DNA of 64,000 nt, from assembly GCA_903893485.1 (NCBI GenBank), contig CAITMK010000001.1, positions 46,560 through 110,559 of the forward strand, given 5' to 3'. Shown here piece by piece: positions 1 to 14,685 of this stretch (the stretch's first letter is position 1; each line of letters starts with the position of its first letter). The DNA is from Candidatus Magasanikiibacteriota bacterium. Lineage in GTDB: Bacteria > Patescibacteriota > Patescibacteriia > Magasanikbacterales > 2-02-FULL-50-9b. The translations under genes were made by a program, and so were the position numbers. The notes beneath the pieces are model-generated. The model was not told the DNA's origin. It ran no database searches and saw nothing but the letters and a program-made list of their open reading frames with translations.

Positions 1-573
1 AAGCCCAAGTTTTCGTCGCGCTTCATCAGCCAAAATTGAAATCGCAAATTTAGTATAATCGACCGCATCGGGTGAAATAATGATTTTTTTTTCAGCAATT
101 CCCTTTTCAATAAAAAAACTTTTTAGTCCATTAGAAATTACAATAACATGAGCAACTCTTTTTGCTACCGCTCGAATAATACTATTCCACCGCCCGGTGT
201 GCGCTTCATAGATTTTTTTTCCGCGCGCAAATACGCAGGCCAGCAGTAGTGCGTACTCATCACGACTATAAATAACATCAGGCTTGCGAGCCCAAACGGT
301 TCGCAACGCACTACAGGCAAACGTAATTGACTGAAAAATAAATCCTGCACGCCCTAAAAAAACAGTATCAATTGTTCCAACGTATTGGATCTTAAAATTA
401 CTCTGAATTCCGTAATACAAAAATGGGTCTTGCGTAATTTCATTGCGCCGCCCTGGCACAACCAACGTTACTTCGGCCCCTGCACGCGCAAATGCCTCAC
501 ACATGCTCATGATTTGAATGCCATGCGCCTTTTCCGTTGGCAATCGAGAATTAGTGAGATACAACAACTTCAT
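1..573 (-). CDS. Glycosyltransferase family 4 (group 1), N-terminal part. The ORF runs off the left edge of the window.
   Basis: Reverse-strand ATG at 573-571 gives MKLLYLTNSRLPTEKAHGIQIMSMCEAFARAGAEVTLVVPG..., with no stop before position 1. The GT4 N-domain motifs EKxGG-like and VTLV are present. The start overlaps the upstream gene's stop as ATGA. Confidence 0.7.
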   Translation of the reverse strand, partial: MKLLYLTNSRLPTEKAHGIQIMSMCEAFARAGAEVTLVVPGRRNEITQDPFLYYGIQSNFKIQYVGTIDTVFLGRAGFIFQSITFACSALRTVWARKPDVIYSRDEYALLLACVFARGKKIYEAHTGRWNSIIRAVAKRVAHVIVISNGLKSFFIEKGIAEKKIIISPDAVDYTKFAISILADEARRKLGL

Positions 574-1406
574 AAAAAATGTTGCTCATAAAAAACGCGT
601 GTTCCGAGTACAATAAGCATAAGTTGATACCGCAGCGATTGTGCAACAAACTTAATTGGTAATACATTTTTTACGCCGTATCTAAGATACGTCAAAATAA
701 CCCGCACACAAATTACCGCGGACGCACGTACATTCCGATAGATAATATATTTGAAATATTGAGAAACAGTGATGGTATGCCCTCGATACTCCTGAAGGGC
801 AAGCCCCAAATAATAACTCGTCTTTTCTCGAAATTCGGCATAAGGACGATAACTAAAATATACAATATTTTTTGCAACCAACTCTTTTGTTTTTTCACCG
901 ATAATCCAACGCTCATGAACCTTTTTTCCAGCGCGCAAATAAGTATCGCCAAGTGTATTGTACAAACGAAGCATCGAAATATGTGGATATGACCACGCAT
1001 GCTGAACCACCACACCATCACCATCGTCCAACACAATCAGATCTTTCGCCTGAAGAGCAACAAAAGGATCATTTTTTTTCACCACCTCGCGAATTTCATC
1101 AATGAGTCCTTCAGAAAACCATTCATCAGAATCAATATTTACCACCCAATGATGAGTTGCTGCAGCAAGACCCTTTTGACGTACCTCCGTAAAATTATCA
1201 ATGCGAATATTTGGCTCATCAGTTTCCTTTTGTTTAATAATTCGAGCACCAAATTCTTTTGCAATTGCATGAGTCGCATCGGTACTATTTCCATCAACTA
1301 AAATAATTTCGGCAAAATCAGCAATACTTACAAGGCAGCGCCGAAGCACCTTTTCTGAATTTAATGTTGGAATGATTGCGGTACAAGGAATTCGCTCGTG
1401 TTGCAT
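570..1406 (-). CDS. Glycosyltransferase family 2
   Basis: 278 aa. IIPTLNSEKVLRRCL...ILVDGNSTDAT...DSDEW is a typical GT-A/GT2 signature. Its stop overlaps the GT4 start by 4 nt, which suggests translational coupling. Confidence 0.8.
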   Translation of the reverse strand: MQHERIPCTAIIPTLNSEKVLRRCLVSIADFAEIILVDGNSTDATHAIAKEFGARIIKQKETDEPNIRIDNFTEVRQKGLAAATHHWVVNIDSDEWFSEGLIDEIREVVKKNDPFVALQAKDLIVLDDGDGVVVQHAWSYPHISMLRLYNTLGDTYLRAGKKVHERWIIGEKTKELVAKNIVYFSYRPYAEFREKTSYYLGLALQEYRGHTITVSQYFKYIIYRNVRASAVICVRVILTYLRYGVKNVLPIKFVAQSLRYQLMLIVLGTRVFYEQHFL

Positions 1407-1407
1407 A

Positions 1408-2517
1408 CTAGTATGATACGTAAAATTCCTTTATACACGCGATCGTATAATCCATTTCTTCTCGAGTCATCTCAGGAAACATAGGGAGTGAGAGAATGCG
1501 TTTACAAACAGCTTCGGTACGAGGCAGATCCCCCACTGAGTAATCAAGATGTTCGAGAGCTTTTTGTAAATGTAACGAGACAGGATAGTGGATACCGGTC
1601 GAAACACCTTTTTGAATTAAAAAATGTTGAAGTGCATCGCGCTGCGCGGTTTGAATCACAAATAAATGCATATTCGAGATGTTTCCATTTGCTATGGTTT
1701 CTACTGTCACATCGCCAACTCCTGATAACTGCTCACGGTAATATGCGGCATGCTCATTTCGAAGCTTGTTCCAGTGTGATATATATTTTAATTTTACACT
1801 CAAAATAGCACCCTGAATGCCATCCATGCGCATATTATATCCGAGCATCACATGCACATAACGTTCATAGCACCCATGATTACGAAGCGCTCGTGCCTCC
1901 ATCGCAATTCGATCATCATTGGTAATAAGTGCACCGCCCTCACCATACGCACCTAAATTTTTTCCTGGATAAAAACTAAATGCGGCGGCCACACCAAACG
2001 CCCCGGGCTGTTTTCCATTTTGAAATGCACCATATGCCTGACACGCATCCTCAAGAACTTGCAAATTATGCAATTTCGCGAACACCATGACACCATCCAT
2101 CGGTACCATCTGCCCATAAATATGAACCGGGATTATTGCCTTTGTTTTCTGAGTAACTTTTTTTTCTGCATCGATCAAATCTATTGCGTAGGAACCATCT
2201 GCGATATCAACAAACACGGGTATCGCACCGACCGACAAAATTGCTTCTGCCGTAGCGATAAACGTGTGCGCCGGAAGAAGTACCTCATCGCCAGGACCAA
2301 TACGCATGGTACGAAGCGCGATAACAAGTGCGGAGGTGCCTGTATTTACCGCGACACAATGCTTCACACCACAAGCTGCAGCAAGAGACGATTCAAAATC
2401 AGACACACCTTTCCCCAAAACAAAATCAGCATTCTCCATAACTGAAGAAATCGCTAAAGATATTTCATCTTTTAGATATGCGTATTGGCGCTTTAAATCA
2501 ATAAATGGCACTTCCAT
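1408..2517 (-). CDS. DegT/DnrJ/EryC1/StrS-family PLP-dependent sugar aminotransferase
   Basis: 369 aa. FIDLKRQY...GDEVLLPAHTFIATAEAI...AIIPVHIYGQ...SFYPGKNLGAYGEGGALITND is the hallmark of nucleotide-sugar aminotransferases. Confidence 0.88.
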   Translation of the reverse strand: MEVPFIDLKRQYAYLKDEISLAISSVMENADFVLGKGVSDFESSLAAACGVKHCVAVNTGTSALVIALRTMRIGPGDEVLLPAHTFIATAEAILSVGAIPVFVDIADGSYAIDLIDAEKKVTQKTKAIIPVHIYGQMVPMDGVMVFAKLHNLQVLEDACQAYGAFQNGKQPGAFGVAAAFSFYPGKNLGAYGEGGALITNDDRIAMEARALRNHGCYERYVHVMLGYNMRMDGIQGAILSVKLKYISHWNKLRNEHAAYYREQLSGVGDVTVETIANGNISNMHLFVIQTAQRDALQHFLIQKGVSTGIHYPVSLHLQKALEHLDYSVGDLPRTEAVCKRILSLPMFPEMTREEMDYTIACIKEFYVSY

Positions 2518-2533
2518 AAATAATTTTTATTAA

Positions 2534-3502
2534 CTATTCGATCACGACATTTCGCTGAACGCCATTTATAAAACCTAACACATGTGAGTTTTCTTCATTG
2601 ATAATATACGGCTTTGGTTTATAGGTAAGTCGATACAAAATTCGTTCAGCATACTCCGCACCAACCCCGAGGATCAAAAACAACACTGTCATATTTATCA
2701 AGAAAAACGGTACCCCAAAGACATCTGAGAGAGATTGCCCCGAATGCGTGGCAGCTGCTAATACCCAAACGCAAAGTAGTATAAAATTAGCCGCACTCAT
2801 GATAAACGAAATACTGCGCGCAATCCGCAGAGGCTGAAAAGATCTGACAAACACAACCTCATACATGATACCAAACAATTTCTTCAAATCACTCTCTGCG
2901 TTATTCTGCTTGTGATATTGAAAAAGTTCATAGGGTAATCCATTTCGAATTGCCGTCAATAAAAACTCACGAGAGACATCATCGTCTTTTAATGCAACAA
3001 GCATTTCAGGACGCCCAATTGCACACAACGTGGTAGCGTGAACTGGAATTTTTACATGTAGAAACTTTTTACAATACCAACTTGAGAGTGCAAGGCAAGC
3101 TCGATACAGCACTGACTTATCCGTCGGAGGAGTTACCCCAACGAGCAATCGATCACCTTTAATGCGCTCTGCAATTATTTCAAGAACCGCGCTCACCGAA
3201 TCATTTTCTGGAGCTACCACAACGACACAATCACCGATTACATTCTCGAGCCCTAAGCGAAACGCACGATTTTGTCCTTGTTTTTTAGACAAACGCAAAA
3301 ACCGTAAATTAAGAATTTTTTGCAAAAGCTCTTGAGCCTCCTTCTGAACAAGAATGTCATCGGTATTATCAACGAACACGATCTCATAATTTTCGTATTC
3401 ACTCATCAAAGAATCACCGAGGTCTGCAATATAGCAATCAAATTCCTTATGATATTTATTAATAACAATGAGCACCGAGATAAAGTAATTTTCAATTTTC
3501 AT
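2534..3502 (-). CDS. Membrane-anchored family-2 glycosyltransferase, like the polyprenyl-phosphate sugar transferases DPM1/GtrB
   Basis: 322 aa. The N-terminal GT2 domain (ISVLIVINKYHKEF...FVDNTDD) is followed by two C-terminal hydrophobic helices. Confidence 0.65.
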   Translation of the reverse strand: MKIENYFISVLIVINKYHKEFDCYIADLGDSLMSEYENYEIVFVDNTDDILVQKEAQELLQKILNLRFLRLSKKQGQNRAFRLGLENVIGDCVVVVAPENDSVSAVLEIIAERIKGDRLLVGVTPPTDKSVLYRACLALSSWYCKKFLHVKIPVHATTLCAIGRPEMLVALKDDDVSREFLLTAIRNGLPYELFQYHKQNNAESDLKKLFGIMYEVVFVRSFQPLRIARSISFIMSAANFILLCVWVLAAATHSGQSLSDVFGVPFFLINMTVLFLILGVGAEYAERILYRLTYKPKPYIINEENSHVLGFINGVQRNVVIE

Positions 3503-4632
3503 AGTGAGGTGATATCAAGTTGAATTTCCTGCAAAATATCGTAGATATTATCAATTTTTGAACCGAGTACCGCGTGGAAGTTTTTGATACCGCAATTTTT
3601 TTTAAATAAAATCGGACGCGCATCATCACTTTCCGTTACCGGTAAGATTGTTTTAAACTCCCATAATGACTCCCCAGAGTATACGACATCTTTAAGCGCA
3701 GGCACATACCGCATTCCATCACGCTGCATATACACAAATTTAGAGCGCGCTTCCGGCAATGCCAGCGGTACATGCGTATGCATATCTTGCGGAGAATCCT
3801 GCCATTCAACATGCGGCGTATAACGCACATGACTCAAGGTATGTTTTTGTAATGCCGGAAATGGCATGAGTGAAAAAAAAGGACCACACATTACGGTGAT
3901 ACCGATATTTTCGAACTGCGGTGGCACATCAACCAAGGCTAATTCAGTTAATTCATATTTAAGAGAAAGAAGTGGTAATCCCGAATCTGCAAGTAATCTA
4001 TTAATTCCCGAATAGGTGCAGTTATATACACGATCAGCAGTAATGGTTTCAGTGGCCCCATGAACATCTTGCAATAATACTGAGATTTTTCCATCCGCAA
4101 GACCACTCACTTGTATCGCCGTTGTTTGCAATGCAATCGCTATCTTATTTTGAATCATTTTTTCCAAAACAATTTCTTTAAGAACTGTTGCGTCAAAAAT
4201 AGATTCTTCTGCCAAAAATACATCCTCAATAATACTTGAATCAAAATAATTTAAAACTTTAGGTTGGGGCTGAGCTATTCGCGCACCAGCACGCTGCATA
4301 AATAAACGAAACTGCCCTGCATTAATTTTAGAATTAAGTCGACTAATTGCGTAATACGAATCAAAATTAGTTATAACCGCTCGCTGATAGTCTGCAATAA
4401 AATGTGGGTAATTAATTGCAGAACGCGTTGCTGTTCGAAGATTTCGAGGATAATGATGCCCCGCATGAATACGCGCCTGATTTGAAAAAGATGCACGAGA
4501 AAGTAGTGCATCTTTTTGTTCAATAACTGCAATGTGAGAAAATTGTAAACTTAAAAAGTTAGCTATTTCACAGCCATAAAACCCGCCGCCAATCACGATG
4601 ACGTCAAAATGTTTTCTATGTAAAATAGCCAC
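3499..4632 (-). CDS. FAD-dependent oxidoreductase
   Basis: 377 aa. The N-terminal dinucleotide-binding motif is DVIVIGGGFYGCEIA. It overlaps the downstream GT2 by 4 nt, and its role within the glycosylation locus is unknown. Confidence 0.6.
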   Translation of the reverse strand: MAILHRKHFDVIVIGGGFYGCEIANFLSLQFSHIAVIEQKDALLSRASFSNQARIHAGHHYPRNLRTATRSAINYPHFIADYQRAVITNFDSYYAISRLNSKINAGQFRLFMQRAGARIAQPQPKVLNYFDSSIIEDVFLAEESIFDATVLKEIVLEKMIQNKIAIALQTTAIQVSGLADGKISVLLQDVHGATETITADRVYNCTYSGINRLLADSGLPLLSLKYELTELALVDVPPQFENIGITVMCGPFFSLMPFPALQKHTLSHVRYTPHVEWQDSPQDMHTHVPLALPEARSKFVYMQRDGMRYVPALKDVVYSGESLWEFKTILPVTESDDARPILFKKNCGIKNFHAVLGSKIDNIYDILQEIQLDITSL

Positions 4633-4648
4633 ACAATATTTTTATGAA

Positions 4649-5131
4649 TTATTCCCGTTCATCTTCGGTGTAAACGTGCAAGTAATCAGTGCGGCTATAA
4701 TCGTACAATTCATCTTCTGAAAAGAAGCGTGGAACCTCAAGCATTGCATTTTCAACCGTGTCTGATGCATGAATTACGTTACAAGCAACACTCATCGCCA
4801 AATCGCCACGAATTGAACCTGCTTCTGCAACACGCGCTTTCGTAATACCAGTAATCTGGCGAACCGCAGCAACAACTTCTAAGCCTTCCAAACAAATTGC
4901 AACCACTGGTGATGACATCATAAAACGTTCAACACCTGGATAAAACGGCTTGCCTGCAATGTGCGCATAGTGTTCGCGGAGTACTGCTTCGTCCAAACGC
5001 ATCATTTTAAGGCCGACAATTTTAAGGCCTTTGCGTTCAAAGCGGTTAATAATTTCGCCGACGAGTGCGCGCTGAATTGCGTCTGGCTTGATTAAAATCA
5101 ATGTTTTTTCTGACAATCCGGTGAAATTCAT
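4649..5131 (-). CDS. ndk: Nucleoside diphosphate kinase
   Basis: LILIKPDAIQRALVGEIINRFERKGLKIVGLKMM...YAHIAGKPFY matches the NDK family. The start is taken at the internal Met (MNFTG); the ORF track extends to 5167. Confidence 0.88.
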   Translation of the reverse strand: MNFTGLSEKTLILIKPDAIQRALVGEIINRFERKGLKIVGLKMMRLDEAVLREHYAHIAGKPFYPGVERFMMSSPVVAICLEGLEVVAAVRQITGITKARVAEAGSIRGDLAMSVACNVIHASDTVENAMLEVPRFFSEDELYDYSRTDYLHVYTEDERE

Positions 5132-5223
5132 ATGAGTAAATAACAAATTATGCCCAAATCGTAACATAACTTTGACGATTCGGCAAGGGCGTCTTATACT
5201 ATAAGCACTAATTAATTGTACCT

Positions 5224-5643
5224 ATGAAAAAAACACTTTCAATCTTGATCGTGGCAGCAGCCGGCTTAGCTCTTATTGGCGCGGGTTGCGAAAAAAAAGC
5301 GGATGATACAAGCGCAAATACCGCGCAAAATGCCATCGAAATTAACAAAGCACCTACGCCAAATGTAGTGGCGGTAACCTATAATCCAACTGGATTGGCT
5401 CAAAAAACCATTACCGTGCAAGCTGGCGACTACGTTGAATTTCGCAACAGCGACTTAGTACCACACTGGCCAGCGAGCGCGCCACACCCAACGCACACCG
5501 ATTACCCAGAACTTAACCCGGGCTCAGCAATTCCAGCGGGCGAACTCTGGCGTTTCACTGCCACCAAGAAAGGTATGTGGAAATTCCACGACGAATCAAA
5601 TCCAACCGACGTTCGTTTCCAAGGCGTTTTGATCGTTCAGTAA
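5224..5643 (+). CDS. Small secreted lipoprotein, possibly a cupredoxin-like fold
   Basis: 139 aa. The signal peptide carries the lipobox LIGAGC. The His-rich C-terminus is ...VPHWPASAPHPTHTDYP...WKFHDESNP. Confidence 0.5.
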   Translation: MKKTLSILIVAAAGLALIGAGCEKKADDTSANTAQNAIEINKAPTPNVVAVTYNPTGLAQKTITVQAGDYVEFRNSDLVPHWPASAPHPTHTDYPELNPGSAIPAGELWRFTATKKGMWKFHDESNPTDVRFQGVLIVQ

Positions 5644-7635
5644 TTACAGTTCATCGATTGAGCGAAGGAAACTTTTTCCACGCCAATTCACGGATTGTTC
5701 ATCTGGCTCGTAGGTTACCTCGGCGACCTGCGAGCTTTTGTGTTCTGAATCAAACAGCGCTTCGCTCAGCTCTTCCAAAAATGGCGACGGCGACATAAGA
5801 TATTCATTGTTTTTGCCACCAAGCGATGCGTAGGTCAAAAACAAATTGCGGCGCGCGCGAGTCACCGCAACATAAAACAAGCGGCGTTCTTCTTCCATAC
5901 CACCTTCTTCCAACGATGCACGCTCACTTGGAAACGCATTCGCAACCAAACTTACAATAAACACCGTATCCCATTCCAAACCTTTTGATTGATGAATCGT
6001 TGAGAGAATAACTTTTTCAGCAACATCAGTATTTTTGCCTTTGAACTGTTCTTGCAGCGCGGTCTCTGCTAAAAAAGTTTTCAGATCCGTTGAGCGATCC
6101 GTAAAATTTGCAAGCTGATCGATGTCAGCAATGCGATCATCGCCATTGGTAAATTCTTTATGCGCATAAAAATCATATGCACTTTTAATCACGCGGATTT
6201 TGTCGCCAACCGTGCCGTGCGAATGCGCAATATTTTCAAAGGTACGCACCACCACATCCCAACCACGCGCCGCACGTTTTTCAATTTCAACGGGCGAGCC
6301 CATAAAAAGTTCCGATGTTTGTGCGCGCAGTTTTACTTGATCATAAATTTTACGCGCCGATTCCAAACCAATTCCCTCTTGCTGCACGAGCATACGATGC
6401 CACGCGATAGAATCCTTGGGCGACGCAAACGCACGCAAATATGCCAAAACATCTTTGATATGCGCGCGTTCAAAAAAACGTTGGCCACCACGATATTCGT
6501 ATGGCACCCCACGCTCAGTTAATTCAAATTCCAAAAGTTGTGAATGAAACGATGATCGAAACAAAATCGCAATTTCAGAAAGTGGGCGGCCTTCTTTTCG
6601 ATACTTTTGGATAATATCAACGATGTGTTCTGCCTCATGCGCAGTAGTGTCGGAGCGAATAATCGTCGGCTTGGTGTGATTGCCAAGCGCACTGCGCAAC
6701 TCTTTTTGAAACTGATTTTTATTTTGTTTAATTACTTCGTTTGCTAATTCCAAAATTTGTGGCGACGAACGATAGTTCGTAAGCAAATGAAAAATACGCG
6801 CGCCAGGATATTGTTTTGCAAAATCCAAAATATTTGCAATGTCCGCCGCGCGAAAAGAATAAATCGATTGCGCATCATCACCCACGGCCAAAATATTTCC
6901 ATTCACACTACACATGTGTTGCACAATGCGTGCCTGCACGCGATTCGTATCTTGATATTCATCAACCAGCACATATCGAAACTGCGAAGAAAGTTTCACG
7001 CGAATTTCTGGAAATTCCGTGAGCAATTTAAGCCATAAAACTAACAAATCGTCGAAGTCAGCAAAATTACTTTCGCGCTTGCGCTTTTCATACATGGCAA
7101 ACCAATGCACCATGTCGGTTGCGGCACCAAAAAATCGCGGCGCTTTAATGTCGACCGCTTCTTCCAAATTAATCATGGCGTTGCGCGAATACGAATACGT
7201 TTCCATCATCACGTTTACCGATGGAATTTTTTTTGATTTTGTATCAACGCCTTCATCTTTTAAAATTTGAGAAAATAAACTACGCGAATCTTCTGAATCT
7301 AAAATAGTAATGTGCGCAGAAAAACCAAGTTCCTTTGCATATTTGTTTACCAAACGAAACCCAATATTATGAAATGTGCCACTCCACAAATTTTGGGGGG
7401 CGCTGCCCATAAGTTGCTTTACGCGATCAAGCATTTGATTCGCCGCTTTGTTGGTAAATGTTAAAAGTAAAATCGAATCCGCGGGGATTCCATGTTCGAG
7501 CAAATATGCCACACGAAATGTAATCGTACGCGTTTTGCCCGAGCCCGCGCCGGCCAAAACCAAACAAGGCCCCTCACCATCTGTCACTACCGGTAATTGT
7601 TCTTCATTCAGTTCTTTTGCAAAATCAATAGGCAT
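5644..7635 (-). CDS. uvrD: ATP-dependent DNA helicase of the UvrD/PcrA/Rep family
   Basis: 663 aa. The Walker A motif is VLAGAGSGKTRTITFRVAYLL. UvrD motifs include DEYQDTN and further downstream helicase motifs. Confidence 0.9.
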   Translation of the reverse strand: MPIDFAKELNEEQLPVVTDGEGPCLVLAGAGSGKTRTITFRVAYLLEHGIPADSILLLTFTNKAANQMLDRVKQLMGSAPQNLWSGTFHNIGFRLVNKYAKELGFSAHITILDSEDSRSLFSQILKDEGVDTKSKKIPSVNVMMETYSYSRNAMINLEEAVDIKAPRFFGAATDMVHWFAMYEKRKRESNFADFDDLLVLWLKLLTEFPEIRVKLSSQFRYVLVDEYQDTNRVQARIVQHMCSVNGNILAVGDDAQSIYSFRAADIANILDFAKQYPGARIFHLLTNYRSSPQILELANEVIKQNKNQFQKELRSALGNHTKPTIIRSDTTAHEAEHIVDIIQKYRKEGRPLSEIAILFRSSFHSQLLEFELTERGVPYEYRGGQRFFERAHIKDVLAYLRAFASPKDSIAWHRMLVQQEGIGLESARKIYDQVKLRAQTSELFMGSPVEIEKRAARGWDVVVRTFENIAHSHGTVGDKIRVIKSAYDFYAHKEFTNGDDRIADIDQLANFTDRSTDLKTFLAETALQEQFKGKNTDVAEKVILSTIHQSKGLEWDTVFIVSLVANAFPSERASLEEGGMEEERRLFYVAVTRARRNLFLTYASLGGKNNEYLMSPSPFLEELSEALFDSEHKSSQVAEVTYEPDEQSVNWRGKSFLRSIDEL

Positions 7636-7636
7636 G

Positions 7637-12219
<4,583 letters not shown>

Positions 12220-12260
12220 AACAACAGTATACCAAACAAATCGCCAAGCGAGTGAGAGTC

Positions 12261-12289
12261 TTGACAAAATATGCATTATGGTGTAGTCT
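12261..12289 (+). promoter_or_regulatory. Sigma70-like promoter for island A (TTGACA-N17-TAGTCT)
   Basis: An exact -35 hexamer and a 17-nt spacer are read directly. The -10 is weak. Confidence 0.4.
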
Positions 12290-12315
12290 CCTCCTTCCAA
12301 CACTGGAGGCCCACC

Positions 12316-12678
12316 ATGGGAAGGTTACACACACTCAGAGAAGCGCACGAAGCGGCGAAGAAACGTCTCGACGAAGTCTATGCCGAGGACGCGGCTGCGG
12401 CCGTCGAAATCCTGAAGGCAAAGGTTCCGGAGAGCTTGAGTCAGTGGAAAGAAAAGACAAAGCTCTTTCATTATCTGACGACAATCGGTGGCTTTACCGC
12501 CGAATACGAAACAGGTACCGCGGAAGACAGGTCGTTCCTCAAAGAACTGGGGTTCACAAACCTTCGCACCTTCACGAAGGCCCTGCAGACACTGAAGAAG
12601 GCCTGGGCCGGGGAGGTGGGTATCTGGATCACCCACCAATCCGGACGCCACATCACAGTCACGTTCTCCGCGATCTGA
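12316..12678 (+). CDS. Hypothetical protein, GC-rich island A
   Basis: 120 aa, MGRLHTLREAHEAAKKRLDEVYAED... A strong SD (GGAGG) lies 7 nt upstream, with a TTGACA-N17-TAGTCT promoter-like element further upstream. The GC content is clearly above the flanks. Confidence 0.6.
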   Translation: MGRLHTLREAHEAAKKRLDEVYAEDAAAAVEILKAKVPESLSQWKEKTKLFHYLTTIGGFTAEYETGTAEDRSFLKELGFTNLRTFTKALQTLKKAWAGEVGIWITHQSGRHITVTFSAI

Positions 12679-12717
12679 TCGCACGCCATGTCCCCAACCC
12701 GGACCTCTGGCGGTTTT

Positions 12718-13746
12718 TTATTTTATGAACATTCCATCTCCAAAACTGAAAAACCGATATTCGCGATTAATCGCGTCGGCATAAATTTTCTTTAAATGTT
12801 CCAACCCGCCTTCCCCTAAAAATGCACTGACGAGTAAAAGTAATGTCGATTTCGGCAAATGAAAATTCGTCACAAGTCCATCGATGATTTTAAATGTGTA
12901 GCCAGGGTTGATAAAAATATTTATGTCACCTTCGAATGATTCGCCTGCCAAAATTTTTTCAGCGGCACCTTCAAGCGCACGCGTCGTAGTGGTGCCAACA
13001 GCAATCACACGCCGACCCACTTTTTTCGCCTCCGCAATCGCTCCTGCAGTTTCACGATCGACACTTACCCACTCACTGTGCATTGGATGCGCTTCAACTT
13101 CTTCAGTTTTCACAGGCTGAAACGTACCAATCCCCACGTGCAGTGTAACTTCCAAAAATGTCACGCCCGATGCCTGAATCTTTGCACGTAAGTCCTCTGT
13201 GAAGTGAAATCCTGCGGTTGGAGCCGCGACAGATCCAGTATGACGCGCATACACGGTTTGATACTCACCAAGCGTTGTAGGGCCATTTTTCACGTAGGGC
13301 GGGAGCGGAATCTCGCCGTGTTCATTTGCGAAATCGATAACCTCGGCAGCTGACATTTTTTCACCGCCTCGTGAAAATTTCATTTCGAATTCACCATCTT
13401 CGTGGCGCACGGTAACCTCACCAATAACAGTACCGGGTAATTCAACCCGCATTCCAGGCTGCAACTTTTTTCCAGGCTTTCCAAGGCAGAGCCATGCCTC
13501 ACTCGATGGACGAAGCAATAAAATTTCAACCGTACCAACACGAAGTCGTGCGCGAAACACTTTTGTGTTATTAAAAACCAATACATCATCTGGGCGTAAA
13601 TATTTTACAATATCAAAAAATTGTTCGTGGCGTGTTTCCCCGCTTGTGCGATCCACAACCAACAACTTCGAATGATCACGCGGCTCTACAGATTTCTGCG
13701 CGATACGTTCGGTGGGTAAAAAATAATCAAGTTCAGAGGTTTTCAT
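12718..13746 (-). CDS. queA: S-adenosylmethionine:tRNA ribosyltransferase-isomerase
   Basis: 342 aa. YFLPTERIAQKSVEPRDHSKLLVVDR...PLPPYVKN...GTTTTRALE are QueA signatures. It is convergent with tgt. Confidence 0.9.
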   Translation of the reverse strand: MKTSELDYFLPTERIAQKSVEPRDHSKLLVVDRTSGETRHEQFFDIVKYLRPDDVLVFNNTKVFRARLRVGTVEILLLRPSSEAWLCLGKPGKKLQPGMRVELPGTVIGEVTVRHEDGEFEMKFSRGGEKMSAAEVIDFANEHGEIPLPPYVKNGPTTLGEYQTVYARHTGSVAAPTAGFHFTEDLRAKIQASGVTFLEVTLHVGIGTFQPVKTEEVEAHPMHSEWVSVDRETAGAIAEAKKVGRRVIAVGTTTTRALEGAAEKILAGESFEGDINIFINPGYTFKIIDGLVTNFHLPKSTLLLLVSAFLGEGGLEHLKKIYADAINREYRFFSFGDGMFIK

Positions 13747-14684
13747 TTGAGATATTTTTTATTTGCGATTTGCTCATCGAGTGTACGCGCGTAATGTGCA
13801 ACACCGTCAGGTCCGACTAAGAAAAAAATATAGTTATTTGGCGTTGGATTTTCTGCAGCTTCAATTGCGTCAAGTCCTGGATTACTGATCGGCCCTATTG
13901 GCAGTCCGCGCGCCGCATATGTGTTCCATGGCGAATTACTCTTTCGTTCAAGCGCCGTTGTGTACACGCTATCACGCGCGCTTGCATATGAAACCGTGGA
14001 ATCAAATTGCAGCGCCATACCCATTTTTAATCGGCGCCAAATAATGTCGGCAACCATTTTGCGATCAGCTTCGCTACGCACCTCTTTTTCCAAAATACTT
14101 GCAACGGTCACCACATCGTGCGAGGCGCGACCATTAGTCCTACGACCAAAATTATCAAGCATGGTGTGCACCAGTCCATCAACACCAAGACCCTTTGCAT
14201 CATAATAGTACGTGTCAGGAAATAAATATCCCTCGAGTGAAATAGTATCTGGCGCATCTTTTAAAAAAGAAAATTCGCTGCGATATTTTTTGTCTGCTCC
14301 ACCAATTTTCGCGGGCGTACCCACAAGCGCATATAATTTTTTTGCGCCAGACGGATCAACCGTTGCAATAATTTTTTGGATATCGCGCAAATCACTTCCT
14401 TCGGGGATTGTAATGCGCACCGCCGTATCGGCCGGCGAATCAAACAAATGTGCAACGCATAAAAAATTGCAATTCGCTGGAACCGCCACAGCGCCCGGAT
14501 ACACATGTTTAATGAATGGTCGAATCAAAAACCCAATACGAATTATTTTTGCAGCAACTAATTTTTGCGCCGCCGCAGACACCGAATCGCCCGGCGCAAT
14601 TTCAATAACACCCGGCTGCACACGCGTTCCCCACCATCCAAAAAATAAAATCGCCAAAAGCAAAACAGCAAAGAACTTTTTCAT
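13743..14684 (-). CDS. mltG: Endolytic murein transglycosylase MltG (YceG-like)
   Basis: An N-terminal TM helix is followed by a YceG domain (GYLFPDTYYYD, ASILEKE, PWNTYAARGLPIGPISNPG). The start is taken at MKKFF. Confidence 0.82.
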   Translation of the reverse strand: MKKFFAVLLLAILFFGWWGTRVQPGVIEIAPGDSVSAAAQKLVAAKIIRIGFLIRPFIKHVYPGAVAVPANCNFLCVAHLFDSPADTAVRITIPEGSDLRDIQKIIATVDPSGAKKLYALVGTPAKIGGADKKYRSEFSFLKDAPDTISLEGYLFPDTYYYDAKGLGVDGLVHTMLDNFGRRTNGRASHDVVTVASILEKEVRSEADRKMVADIIWRRLKMGMALQFDSTVSYASARDSVYTTALERKSNSPWNTYAARGLPIGPISNPGLDAIEAAENPTPNNYIFFLVGPDGVAHYARTLDEQIANKKYLK

Positions 14685-14685
14685 A

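Noticed and set aside
713-1301. Nested ORFs (107 aa on the minus strand, 77 aa and 100 aa on the plus strand) inside the GT2 gene
   Set aside because: They are internal or antisense to a well-supported GT2 CDS and have no independent signals.
3499-4632. Calling the FAD protein a UDP-galactopyranose mutase (Glf)
   Set aside because: Only the generic dinucleotide-binding motif is recognisable. No Glf-specific motifs are seen, so I kept the call at the level of a generic FAD-dependent oxidoreductase.
12271-12315. An upstream ATG for the island A protein
   Set aside because: That ATG lies inside the predicted promoter spacer. A GGAGG SD precedes the ATG at 12316 instead.
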